This document shows, one piece after another, positions 17,595-27,700 of a stretch of 32,000 nucleotides of DNA; position 1 is the stretch's first letter; each line of letters opens with the position of its first letter. The notes under the pieces were generated by a model. That model made no database searches. It was not told the DNA's origin and saw only the letters and a program-made list of their open reading frames with translations. This stretch comes from Halorhodospira halophila SL1. Its GTDB lineage: Bacteria; Pseudomonadota; Gammaproteobacteria; Nitrococcales; Halorhodospiraceae. Location of the stretch: positions 270,001 through 302,000 of the forward strand of contig NC_008789.1 in assembly GCF_000015585.1 (NCBI RefSeq). The letters run 5' to 3'. The position numbers and the translations under genes are program-made.

Positions 17595-20243
17595 TCACGC
17601 GCCGCTGCCATCCAGACGCAGGGCCACGTGCATCAGCCCCGGGTCGTCGCTGCTCGGCTCGATGCGAAAGCCCATGGCCTCGTTGATCTTGAGCATCGGC
17701 TCGTTCTCGCGCAGCACCTCGCCGTAGATCTCGCGGATGCCGCGCTGACGGGCGTAGTCGACGATCCGGTGCATGAGCATCGGCCCCAGCCCCATGCCGG
17801 CCACCGAGGGGTCGAGCATGATGTCGTACTCGGCCTGCTCCAGATCGGGGTCGGCGCTGATGTGCACCATCCCCAGCAGCGGCGCCCGGCCGGGGATGCC
17901 GTCGCGGGTGATGACCAGGGCCATCTCGCGGTCGTAGTCGATCTGCGTCAGCCGCGCCGCCAGCTCCTGGGGCAGGCTCTTGAGCGCCTGGAAGAAGCGC
18001 ATGCGCACCTGCTCCGGCGGCGTGCGCTCGACCATGGCGTTGAGCTGCGGCCCGTCCTCGGGCAGCACCGGGCGCAGGTTCAGGCACTGGCCGTCGGGGA
18101 GCTCGATCCGCTCGTTGAGTTCGGTGGGATACGGCCGGATACACAATGATTCGGCGGGATCGCCGCGCTGGGGCTGGATCCCCACCCCGGCGTCCAGGGC
18201 CAGCACGCCGTGGCCGGTGGCCCACAGGGGATTGATATCCAGCGACTCGATGGCGCCGAAGTCGATCACCAGCTGCGAGAGCTTGACCAGGCTCAGGGCC
18301 ACGGCGTCCAGGTCCGGCTTGCGCAGCCCGCTGTCGACCAGCAGGCCGTAGATCCGGGTGCGCTGCATGATCTCCCGGGCCAGGTGCATGTTCAGCGGCG
18401 GCAGGCCGCAGGCCCAGTCGGCGATGGCCTCGGTTTCAGTGCCGCCGTGGCCGAAGTAGAGCACCGGCCCGAAGGGCCCGCCGGGGCGCACCCCGAGGGT
18501 CAGCTCGAAGGCCCCGTCGCGGCGGGTCATCGGCTGCACGGCGAAGCCGTCCACGGCCACGTCCTCACCGCGGAGCTCGTGCAGGCGGGCCAGCATCGCC
18601 TCGGCCTCGGCGCGGACCGCCTCGGGGCCGGTCAGATCCAGGGCCACACTGCCGGCCTGGGACTTGAGCTGCACCTCCGGGGACATCAGCTTCAGGGCCA
18701 CCGGCTGGTTCAGCTCGGCGGCCACCGCCGCGGCCTCCTCCGGGTCATTGGCCCGGCGGCTATCCACGCAGGGGATGCCGTAGGCGCTGAGCAGCCGCCC
18801 CGTCTGGTACTCGTTGAGATGGTCGCGCCCGGCGGTCAGCGCCGCCGAGAGGATCAGCCGCGCCTGTTCGTAGTCCGGCGTGAAGTCCTCGGGGAGCGAG
18901 GGCGGCGTCTGCATCAGCAGGGTCTGGCTGCGCCGGTACTGCAGGAGGCGGCTGTAAGCGCGCACCGCCTCCTCGGGGTAGGAGAAGGCCGGCACCGCCG
19001 CCGCGAGCCGGCGCAGCCCCGCCTCCCCGGCGGAGGGGTCCCAGGCGGCGAGCACCGGCTTGCGCAGCCGCTTGGCGTGGCGGGCCACCACCTCGGCCAC
19101 CGCATCGCCGTCGTCACTGGCACCGGGCGCCTTGAGGGCCAGGATGCCGCTGATGCGCCGGTCCTTGCCGAGGATCTCCAGCGCCCGGTCGTAGGCGTCG
19201 GCGCCGGCGTCCACCCCCATATCCAGCGGGTTGTGGCTGCTGGCGTTGCGCCGGGCGAGCTCCTGCAGCGCCTCGTTGCTCTCCGGCGCCAGCTGCTGCG
19301 GGCTGCTGTCGTGGCGGCGCAGGGCGTTGCTGGCCAGCAGCCCCAGACTGCGGCTGTTACCGAAGATGGCCAGCGGCCCGTCGCGGCCCGGGACCCGGCT
19401 GCTGTCGAGGATCTCCACGGCGCTGAACAGCTCCTCCAGGTCGTCCACCCGGACCACGCCGGCACGGCGGAAGGCGGCATCGTAGACGAAGTCGTCGATC
19501 TCCTCCTCGCCGACCTGGGGCGGCTTGAGGATGATCACCGGCTTCATGCGCGCCAGCCGGCGCAGCGCCGACATGAACTTGCGCGCCCGTCGCACTCGCT
19601 CGATGTAGACGATCACCGCCCGGGCCCGATGGTCGGTGGCCAGGTAGTCGAAGCTGTCACCCAGATCCACGTCGGTGGCGGCGCCGATGTGGATGATGTG
19701 CGACAGCCCCGAGTCGTTCTCGCGGCACCAGCGCAGGGCGGCGCCGGCCATGGCCGAGGACTTGGTGACCAGGGCGGCCTTGCCGGCGGCCAGGGTGATC
19801 GGCAACGACGAGGCGTGCAGCCCCCGGTGGGGGACGCTGATGCAGCTGCTCCCCGGCCCGGCCACGCGCACCAGATGGGGGCGCGACGCCTCGAGGATGG
19901 TCTGCTCCAGCGCCTCGCGCTGCTCCCGGGTGTAATCCCGAGGTACGGCGCGGGTGATGATCACGCCCCGGGTGCCACGCTCACCGAGGGCGGTGATCAG
20001 CGCCGGCACCTCCTCGAGCGGCCGGGTAATGACCGCCAGATCCGGTACCGCAGGCAGATCGTCGATGCCGGGGAAGACGGGCACCCCGCCCATCGAGTCG
20101 ATCCCCGCCATGACCGGCATCACCGGCCCCTGGAAGGGCTCGCTGAGCAGGTTGCGCAGGATGCGTCGGTCCGTATCGCTGGCCTCGCCGATCAGGGCGA
20201 TGGAGCGGGGCTGGAAGAGGCTTTCGAGATTGCGTACGGTCAT
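17595..20243 (-). CDS. Bifunctional NDP-forming acyl-CoA synthetase-like / GNAT protein lysine acetyltransferase (Pat/PatZ-type)
   Basis: 882 aa. N-terminal CoA-binding region (LFQPRSIALIGEAS), a succinyl-CoA-ligase-like region and an ATP-grasp region, and a C-terminal GNAT domain with acetyl-CoA loop VAGMGLGPMLMHRIVDYARQRG. Confidence 0.85.
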   Translation of the reverse strand: MTVRNLESLFQPRSIALIGEASDTDRRILRNLLSEPFQGPVMPVMAGIDSMGGVPVFPGIDDLPAVPDLAVITRPLEEVPALITALGERGTRGVIITRAVPRDYTREQREALEQTILEASRPHLVRVAGPGSSCISVPHRGLHASSLPITLAAGKAALVTKSSAMAGAALRWCRENDSGLSHIIHIGAATDVDLGDSFDYLATDHRARAVIVYIERVRRARKFMSALRRLARMKPVIILKPPQVGEEEIDDFVYDAAFRRAGVVRVDDLEELFSAVEILDSSRVPGRDGPLAIFGNSRSLGLLASNALRRHDSSPQQLAPESNEALQELARRNASSHNPLDMGVDAGADAYDRALEILGKDRRISGILALKAPGASDDGDAVAEVVARHAKRLRKPVLAAWDPSAGEAGLRRLAAAVPAFSYPEEAVRAYSRLLQYRRSQTLLMQTPPSLPEDFTPDYEQARLILSAALTAGRDHLNEYQTGRLLSAYGIPCVDSRRANDPEEAAAVAAELNQPVALKLMSPEVQLKSQAGSVALDLTGPEAVRAEAEAMLARLHELRGEDVAVDGFAVQPMTRRDGAFELTLGVRPGGPFGPVLYFGHGGTETEAIADWACGLPPLNMHLAREIMQRTRIYGLLVDSGLRKPDLDAVALSLVKLSQLVIDFGAIESLDINPLWATGHGVLALDAGVGIQPQRGDPAESLCIRPYPTELNERIELPDGQCLNLRPVLPEDGPQLNAMVERTPPEQVRMRFFQALKSLPQELAARLTQIDYDREMALVITRDGIPGRAPLLGMVHISADPDLEQAEYDIMLDPSVAGMGLGPMLMHRIVDYARQRGIREIYGEVLRENEPMLKINEAMGFRIEPSSDDPGLMHVALRLDGSGA

Positions 20244-20371
20244 CGGGCTCGGGACCTTGGCCGGCGCTGCACTGCACCACGCGCCAGTCTAGCGGTCCGG
20301 GCAACACGGAGGCCAGCCGGCGGCGACTGCAACGCCGGCCGCACCGGCATCCCAAGGCGGAGGAATCGGCA

Positions 20372-20632
20372 GTGACGGAAGAGACCGAGGCGCGCATCGA
20401 GCGGGCCCTGCGGGAGGCGCTGACGGAGATCGTACCGGAGGCGGACGTGGGCCGGCTGGACGCCGAGCGCACACTGCACGCCCAGCTGGGGCTCGACTCG
20501 GTGGACTTCCTGCGTTTCCAGGCGGCCCTGGAGCGCACCGCCGGGGTGTCGATCCCGGGGGCGCACGGCTACCGCCTGGCCACCCTGGACGGCTGCCGCC
20601 GGTACCTGCGCGAAAAGCTCCTGGCCGGCTAG
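20372..20632 (+). CDS. Stand-alone acyl/peptidyl carrier protein-like (PP-binding) protein
   Basis: 86 aa. GGAGGAA SD lies 6 nt before GTG 20372. A carrier-protein helix II motif LGLDSVDFLRF with the putative phosphopantetheinyl Ser. No synthase, ligase or PPTase gene is adjacent. Confidence 0.65.
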   Translation: MTEETEARIERALREALTEIVPEADVGRLDAERTLHAQLGLDSVDFLRFQAALERTAGVSIPGAHGYRLATLDGCRRYLREKLLAG

Positions 20633-21378
20633 CCGGCCTCGTCGGCGGGGGACGGCGCCTCTCCCAGGCCCGCCCGGCGGAAGATGGCCTGGAGCTCGGC
20701 ATCGGGCTCCGTGGCCAGGCGCACGGCGCCCCCGTCCGCGGGGTGGGGGACGACCAGTTCCGTGGCCACAAGCAGCAGCCGCCGGGCACCGAAGTGTTCC
20801 CGGAAGAACCGGTTGTTGGCGCCATCGCCGTGGGTGGTATCGCCGAGGATCGGGTGGCTGATCGCCTTCATGTGGCGGCGCAGCTGGTGCTGCCGGCCGG
20901 TCTGCGGATGCAGCGCCAGCCGGGTGAAGCGGGCGGTGTCGTAGCGCGAGACCGGAATGGGCAGCTCCGTCCAGGCCAGCGGCACGTAATCGGTCACCGC
21001 CGGCTGCGGCGCGCCCCCCTCACCCCGTCGCCCCGCCCCCAGGGGCCGATCGATGCGTCCGGGCGCCTCCACCCAGCCGCGGACCACGGCCTGGTAGCGC
21101 TTGCCGATGCGTTGCTCGCGGAAGGCGGCAGCCAGGACCGAGGCGGCATCGGGATCGAGGCCGAAGACCAGCACGCCGGCGGTGGCACGGTCGAGCCGGT
21201 GGACCGGATAGACCCAGTGCCCGCCGAGCTGATCGCGGAGGCGCTGCAGGACCACGTCCCGGTCGCGGTCGATGTTGCTGCGGTGGACCAGCAGCCCGGC
21301 GGGCTTGTAGACGGCGATCAGCCGCTCATCCCGGTAGAGTATGGCGAGGCTGCGATCGTCCTGGTCTGCGGTCTCCAC
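20629..21378 (-). CDS. truC: tRNA pseudouridine(65) synthase (RluA family)
   Basis: Collinear with E. coli TruC as I recall it: ILYRDERLIAVYKPAGLLVHRS, catalytic HRLDRATAGVLVFG, KRYQAVVRGW, and TGRQHQLRRHMKAISHPILGDTTHGD. Start placed at GTG 21378 (VETADQDD...) with GAGGA 8 nt upstream. The 420-aa track ORF is an unsupported extension. Confidence 0.9.
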   Translation of the reverse strand: METADQDDRSLAILYRDERLIAVYKPAGLLVHRSNIDRDRDVVLQRLRDQLGGHWVYPVHRLDRATAGVLVFGLDPDAASVLAAAFREQRIGKRYQAVVRGWVEAPGRIDRPLGAGRRGEGGAPQPAVTDYVPLAWTELPIPVSRYDTARFTRLALHPQTGRQHQLRRHMKAISHPILGDTTHGDGANNRFFREHFGARRLLLVATELVVPHPADGGAVRLATEPDAELQAIFRRAGLGEAPSPADEAG

Positions 21379-21459
21379 GGGAGCGGTCCTCGATTGCGGG
21401 CTCGCGTCGTTCCGGCGCAGGCGGTGGCGTGCCGGCGGCGGGCATCGTAGCGTATCGCC

Positions 21460-22809
21460 ATGAGCGAGCCCACACCCCCGACGACCGCATCCCCCTCCGC
21501 CCTGGCCACGCTGGCCTACGCCCTCGCCGCCCTGCCCCTGGCGATGAGCGTGCCGCCGTTCTTCCTGCAGATCGCCCCGCAGCGCCTGGAGGCCCCGGAG
21601 GTCGCGGCGGTGGCAGTGCTCGCCGTACTGGTGGTCCTGCGCCTGCTCGACGCCGCGGCGGTCCTGGTCCTCGGCGCCTGGAGCGATACCCTGGCCATCA
21701 AGGCGCGGCGCCGGCGCGGCTGGTGGGCCGGCGCCGCGCTCACCCTGGTGGGCCTGGCGCCGCTGCTGCTGCTCGAGCCCGGCACCGGGCTGGCGCCCCT
21801 GATCCTCGGCGGCACCGCCGCCACCCTGGGCTGGGTGCTGATGCGCATCAGCCATCTGGCCTGGGGGGCCGAGCTGGCCGCCGGCTACCACGCCCGCACA
21901 CGCCTCTACGCCGGGGCGCAGCTGGCCACCCTGCTCGGCATCGCCCTGGGGCTGGCCGCACCGCTGTTCGCCGTGGAGCTGGGGGCGGCCCGCGTCGAGG
22001 CCCTCACCGGGCTGTTCCTGCTGCTGCTCGGGGTCACCGCCGGGACCAGCCTGGCCATCCTCGCCCTGCCCGATCCGCAGCCCCCGGCCCCGGACCGCGC
22101 CTACGCGGCGATCGCCCGGCGGCTGAGCGGCCTACGCGCCTGGCGCCGCCTGCTCGGCGCCCACGCCGCCAATGTCGCCGCCAACACCCTGCCCGCCGCC
22201 CTGCTGCTGCCCATCGCCGCCGGCATCATCGGTGACGCCAGCGCCGCAGCGGTAGCCGTGGCCACCTACCTCCTGGCGGCGCTCGTCGGTCTGCCGCTGG
22301 GCGCCGCCCTGGCCCAGCGTTACAGCAAGCACTCCATCTGGTGCGCCGCCCTGGTGCTGGCCGCGGCGGTATTGATCTGGATCCCGCTGCTCGGCCCGGG
22401 GCACACCCTGCCGCTGCTCATCCTTGCCGCCCTGCTCGGGCTCACCGGCGGCCTGGACTGGGCGCTCTCCGCCGCCATCCAGGCCGACATCCCGGACGTC
22501 GAAGCCGCCCACACCGGCGCCCCGCGCACCGGCCTGCACTTCGCCGTATGGTCGCTGGCCGGCCGCATCGGGTTCACCCTGGCCGGTGCCGCGGCGCTGC
22601 TGACCACCGCACTCTTCCCGCCCAACCCGACGCCGGGCGTGGGCGAGGTCAGCACCCTGCTGCTCATTGCGGGGATCGCCCCGGCCGCGCTCAAGCTCAC
22701 GGCCATGGGGCTGATGTGGGACTTCCCGGTGGACGAGATCCGCCACGAGGCGCTGCAGCGGCGGATCGCCGAGCGCCACGCGGCCGCCGAGGAGCGCGGC
22801 GCGGCCTAG
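21460..22809 (+). CDS. MFS transporter, GPH (glycoside-pentoside-hexuronide)/MFS_2-like
   Basis: 449 aa with about 12 hydrophobic helices and a loop 2-3 motif [18 protein letters not shown] resembling the D-x-x-G-R-R-(R/K) GPH signature. Substrate unknown. Confidence 0.75.
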   Translation: MSEPTPPTTASPSALATLAYALAALPLAMSVPPFFLQIAPQRLEAPEVAAVAVLAVLVVLRLLDAAAVLVLGAWSDTLAIKARRRRGWWAGAALTLVGLAPLLLLEPGTGLAPLILGGTAATLGWVLMRISHLAWGAELAAGYHARTRLYAGAQLATLLGIALGLAAPLFAVELGAARVEALTGLFLLLLGVTAGTSLAILALPDPQPPAPDRAYAAIARRLSGLRAWRRLLGAHAANVAANTLPAALLLPIAAGIIGDASAAAVAVATYLLAALVGLPLGAALAQRYSKHSIWCAALVLAAAVLIWIPLLGPGHTLPLLILAALLGLTGGLDWALSAAIQADIPDVEAAHTGAPRTGLHFAVWSLAGRIGFTLAGAAALLTTALFPPNPTPGVGEVSTLLLIAGIAPAALKLTAMGLMWDFPVDEIRHEALQRRIAERHAAAEERGAA

Positions 22810-23885
22810 GCGTCGCCGTTGCCGAGCACCTGGCGGGCCCGCTCGGCGGCGAAGTCGAGCATGCGGTTCAGGGAGCGCCGCGCCCCGGCCGCCACGTCGG
22901 GATCCACGGTTACCTGCGGCTCACCGGCCTCCAGCGCCGACGCCAGGCTGCGCAACCCGTTCATGGCCATCCACGGGCAGTGGGCACAGGAGCGGCAGGT
23001 GGCGCTGCGCCCCGCCGTCGGGGCCTCGATCAGCGTCTTGCCGGGGGCGGCCTCGTGCATCTTGTGGAAGATGCCGGCATCGGTGGCGACGATGAAGGTC
23101 TCGGCCTCCATCTCGGTCACCGCCCGGATCAGCTGCGAGGTGGAGCCGACCACGTCGGCCTGCTCGACCACCGCCGCCGGCGACTCCGGGTGGACCAGCA
23201 CCTTGGCCCCGGGGTGTTCCCGGCGCAGGTCGGCCAGCTCCAGGCCACGGAACTCCTCGTGGACGATGCAGCTGCCGTCCCAGAGCAGCATGTCCGCCCC
23301 GGTCTGGCGGCGCACGTAGTCGCCCAGGTACTTATCCGGGGCCCAGAGGATCTTCTCGCCCCGCTGGTGCAGATACGCCACCACGTCCACGGCGATGCTT
23401 GAGGTCACCACCCAGTCGGCCCGGGCCTTCACCGCGGCCGAGGTATTGGCGTAGACCACCACCGTGCGATCCGGGTGCTGATCGCAGAACGCCGCGAAGG
23501 CGTCGGCCGGGCAGCCGACGTCCAGCGAGCAGGTGGCCTCCAGGTCCGGCATGATCACCCGCTTGTCCGGGGTGAGGATCTTGGCCGTCTCGCCCATGAA
23601 GCGCACGCCGGCCACGGCCAGCGTGGAGGCCGGGTGCTCGGCGCCGAAGCGGGCCATCTCCAGGGAGTCGGCCACGCAGCCGCCGGTCTCGTCGGCCAGC
23701 CGCTGGAGTTCGGCGTCGGTGTAGTAGTGGGCAACAAGGACGGCATCGCGGCTGCGCAGCAGCTCGCGGATGCGCTCGCGCAGGGCCTCACGCTCCTCGG
23801 CACTGAGCGTCTCGTCGGCGGTGAACGCCTCGGGACGGAAATAGCGGGTGGACGGCTCGATGACGGAGGGATCCGACATGGGCAC
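22806..23885 (-). CDS. nadA: Quinolinate synthase
   Basis: Type-I NadA pattern: [42 protein letters not shown] and the cluster region [18 protein letters not shown]. Confidence 0.95.
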   Translation of the reverse strand: MPMSDPSVIEPSTRYFRPEAFTADETLSAEEREALRERIRELLRSRDAVLVAHYYTDAELQRLADETGGCVADSLEMARFGAEHPASTLAVAGVRFMGETAKILTPDKRVIMPDLEATCSLDVGCPADAFAAFCDQHPDRTVVVYANTSAAVKARADWVVTSSIAVDVVAYLHQRGEKILWAPDKYLGDYVRRQTGADMLLWDGSCIVHEEFRGLELADLRREHPGAKVLVHPESPAAVVEQADVVGSTSQLIRAVTEMEAETFIVATDAGIFHKMHEAAPGKTLIEAPTAGRSATCRSCAHCPWMAMNGLRSLASALEAGEPQVTVDPDVAAGARRSLNRMLDFAAERARQVLGNGDA

Positions 23886-23912
23886 AGGACCTCGTAGGGG
23901 TAACGCAGGGGA

Positions 23913-24719
23913 TTATGGGGTTGGACCGTTCCCGTCGCCAGGAGTTGCCCCGGCCACGGGCTCCCAGCGGTAGCCGGCGGCCTCCAGCTCGCGGGTCAGG
24001 GCCTCCAGCGCCTCGGTGGCCCGCGGCGCCGTTCCGCGCACGCCGAGCTCCACCTCGAAACCGCGCTGGCGGTCCCCCCCGGGCAGGCAGGAGATGCGCA
24101 GATCCGGGTACGCCTCGGTGAAGCGCTCGAGCAGCGGGATCATCGCCCCCTCCCGCGCCCCGGGTACACGCACGGCGCGCTGGAGCATCCGCCCCGGCGC
24201 CTGCAGGTGGGCGTAGTGGGTATCCAGCACCCACTCGATCATCGGCCAGGCCATGCGCGGGAACCCCGGGACGAAGTGGTGATCGCCCCAGGAGAAGCCC
24301 GCCACCCGGTTGATCGGATTGGGGATCATCCACGACCCGGCGGGGAACTCGACCATGCGCAGACGCTGAGCGGTGGCATCGACGCCGAACTGCTCGCGCA
24401 TGGCCGCCTCGGCCTCCGGGTGGCGCTCCAGGGGCTGCCCCACCGCCTCGGCACAGCACTGCCGGGTGCGGTCGTCGGGGGTGGCACCGATGCCGCCGAA
24501 ACTGAAGACGATATCGCCACCGGCGAAGGTCTCGCGCAGCGTGCGGGTCAGCAGCTGCGGATCGTCGCCGATCAGCCGCGCCCAGGAGAGCTCCAGCCCG
24601 CGGGCGTCGAGGCGCTCGATCACCGCCTCCATGTGCCGATCCTGGCGCCGGCCGGTAAGCAGCTCGTCACCGATGATCAGGGCGCCGAAGCGCGGAGTGT
24701 GGTGCACATGCTCGGTCAT
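23913..24719 (-). CDS. CinA N-terminal/MoCF-binding (COG1058-like) domain protein
   Basis: FGALIIGDELLTGRRQD... and the GGIGATPDDRT motif of the MoCF_biosynth fold. It lacks the C-terminal PncC deamidase domain. I place the start at the ATG that overlaps the RND gene stop (ATGA); the track's GTG at 24740 lies inside the RND gene. Confidence 0.8.
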   Translation of the reverse strand: MTEHVHHTPRFGALIIGDELLTGRRQDRHMEAVIERLDARGLELSWARLIGDDPQLLTRTLRETFAGGDIVFSFGGIGATPDDRTRQCCAEAVGQPLERHPEAEAAMREQFGVDATAQRLRMVEFPAGSWMIPNPINRVAGFSWGDHHFVPGFPRMAWPMIEWVLDTHYAHLQAPGRMLQRAVRVPGAREGAMIPLLERFTEAYPDLRISCLPGGDRQRGFEVELGVRGTAPRATEALEALTRELEAAGYRWEPVAGATPGDGNGPTP

Positions 24720-27700
24720 GGCGTTGTACCGTACCGCCACCGCGTCACCCCGGCAACCGCATCCTCATAGATGCGCAGCAGCGCCGGCATCAGGAACAGC
24801 ACGATGCCCGTCGCCCCGGCCAGGCCGAAGGCGATGGCCGCCGCCATGGGGATGAGGAACTGCGCCTGCACCGACTGCTCGGCGAGCAGCGGCAGCAGGC
24901 CCCCGATGGTGGTCAGCGAGGTGAGGATCATCGCCCGCAGGCGCTGGCACGACGCCTCGACCAGGGCCTCGACCACCGGCGTGCCGGCATCGCGGATCTG
25001 CTTGTAGAACAGGGTCAGGATGATGGCGTTGTTCACCGTGATCCCGGTCAGCCCGAAGATGCCGAACAGCGACAACAAGGTCAGGTCGAGCCCCATCACC
25101 CAGTGGCCGACCAGCGCCCCGACCAGGCCGAAGGGGATGACCGTCATCACCAGCAGCGGCCAGCCGTAGGAGGCGAAGACCCACGCCAGGATCAGGTAGA
25201 TCAGCCCCAGGGCGAAGAACAGCCCGCGCTGCATATCCGCCAGGGTCTCGTCCTGGAAATCGGCCTGGCCGCCGAACTCGGCCGCCACCCCGTAGCGCTC
25301 GACCAGATCGGGCAGGACGTTCTCGCGCAGGTCGGCGCGGATCTGCCCGGTATTGGCCACCCGATCGTCCACGTCGCCGGTGACGCTCACCGCCAGTTCG
25401 CCGTTGTGGTGGCGGACCACCTCGAAGCCGCGGCGCGAGTCGATCGTCACAACGCTGTCCAATGGCACCAGATCCCCCTCCGGCAGGCGGATCTGGAGAT
25501 CGGTGACCGCCGAGAGATCGCGGCGCTCGGCCATCGGTTGGCGCACGCGCACCTCGACCTCGTCGCGCCCCTGGTGGTAGACCTGCGCCAGCTCGCCGGC
25601 GAAGGCGTCCCGCACCTGGCGGCTGACCGCCTCGGTGGTCAGCCCCAGGGCCCGCCCCTCGGCGGTGAGGCGGTAGACCCACTGCTCCTGACCGTAGGGC
25701 AGGTCGTCGTCGATGCTGCCCAGCCCCGGATAGCGGTGCAGCACCTGGCGCAGCTCGTCGGCGGCGGCGCGCAGAGTGCCCGGATCCCCCTGGGTCAGAC
25801 GCACATCGATGTCCTCACCCGGCGGACCGGCGCCGCGTTCGCGGATCACCAGCCGCTCCAGGCCGGGGCGTTCGGTGATCCGCTCCTCCCAGGCGTTGAT
25901 CAGGTCGGTGTTGCGGACGTCCCGCTCCTCCGGGGAGATCAGCTCCACGGCGATGTTGCCGTAGTGATCCCCGCGGTTGGCGTCCTGGGCGTCGCGGGCC
26001 TGCATCTCGCCGTAGCGCACGGTGTGGGTGCGCACCAGCTGCTGATCGGAGAGCGCGGCGTCGGCGGCGTGGAGCTGGCGCTCCATGTCGCCAAGGAAGG
26101 CCTCCACCCGCTCCGGCGGCGTGCCCGGGGCGAAGCCGACATTGGCCTGGAGGACCGTTCCCTCCGGCTCGGGGAAGAAGGTGAAGTCGATGCGTCCGCC
26201 GACCACCAACCCGGCTGCCGCCACCAGCAGCGCCACGGCGCCCGAGACCGTCGTCCAGCGCCACTCGACGGCCCGGGTGATGCCGCGTCGGTACGCGCCT
26301 TCGCGGAAACGGTGGAAACCGTTGTCCACCCAGCGCCGGAAGCGGCTCGGCTCGCGCCCGCGCTGATCGCCCTCGAAGGAGCGGCGCAGGTGCCCCGGCA
26401 GGACGATGAAGGCCTCAATCAGCGAGGCGATGATCACGCAGATCACCACCAGCGGGATATCGAAGAGCATGTTGCCCATCACCCCGCTGATCGCCATCAG
26501 CGGGATGAACGCCGCCACCGTGGTCAGCGACGACGCCAACACCGGGGCCAGCATGTCGCGTGCCCCGCCGGCGGCCGCCTCGCCCGGCGACTCGCCGCGC
26601 TGGAAGCGGGCCACGCCGCGTTCGCCGACCACGATGGCGTCGTCGACGATGATCCCCAGGGTCATGATCAGGGCGAACAGGCTCATCATGTTGATGCTGC
26701 CGCCCACGCCCCAGAGCACCACCAGCGCGGTGAGGAAGGCGGCGGGGATGCCCACCGTCACCCAGAAGGCCACCCGCGCGGTGAGGAAGGTGAAGAGGAT
26801 GGCCACCACCAGCAGCAGGCCAGCCAGGCCGTTGGTCACCAGCAGCCCGATGCGCTCGCTGATCAGCTCCCAGAACTCGTCGTAGATGGTCAGTTCCAGG
26901 CCGTCGGGCAGGGTCGGTGACACGTCGTCGTACCACGCCTCCAGGATCGCCGCCGCGCCCAGGGCGTCCTCCCCCTCGGAGCGCTGGACGTAGAGTTCGA
27001 TGGCGGTGTCCTCGCCCAGGCGGAAGTCCACCTGACCGTCCCGGGCGCGGCGCTCGATCTGCGCCAGATTGCTGAGCAGCAGCGGCTGGCCGTCGCCATC
27101 GGTGATCTGCAGATCGCGGAACTCCTGCACGCCGCGGCGCTGCTCCAGGCTGCGCAGCTGCCGGGCGATGTCCGCCTCGCCGGCCTCGCCGCCGGGCAGA
27201 TCGGTGCTCTCGGCGTCAATGGCCGCGCCGAGATCGGCGAAGGTCAGCCCGGAGTCGAGCAGCACCCGCTGCTCCACCTCGACGGCGGTCTCCAGGTCCG
27301 GCATGCCGGTGACCTCGACATTGGCCACCCCGCGGCGCAGCAGGTCGTCCTCCAGCTCCCGCGCCCAGGCGCGCATGCTCGACGGCGGGGCGTCGCCGCT
27401 GAGCACCACGCGGGCCACCGGATCAAAGCGCGAGATGCGGCGGATGGTCGGTTCCTCCGCCTCCTCGGGGAGGTTGCGCACGGCGGCGACGCGATCCTTC
27501 ACGTCCTCCACCGTGTCGGCCATGTCGGTGCCCTCGAAGAACTCGAGGCTGATGTTGCTCACCCCGTCCGCCGAGCGCGACTGCATCTCGCGCAGCCCCT
27601 CGAGATCACGGACCGCATCCTCCAGCGGAGTGGTCACCGAGTCGGCCACGTCCTCGGCGGTGGAGCCGGGCCACTCCACCTGCACGGTGACCACGTCGAG

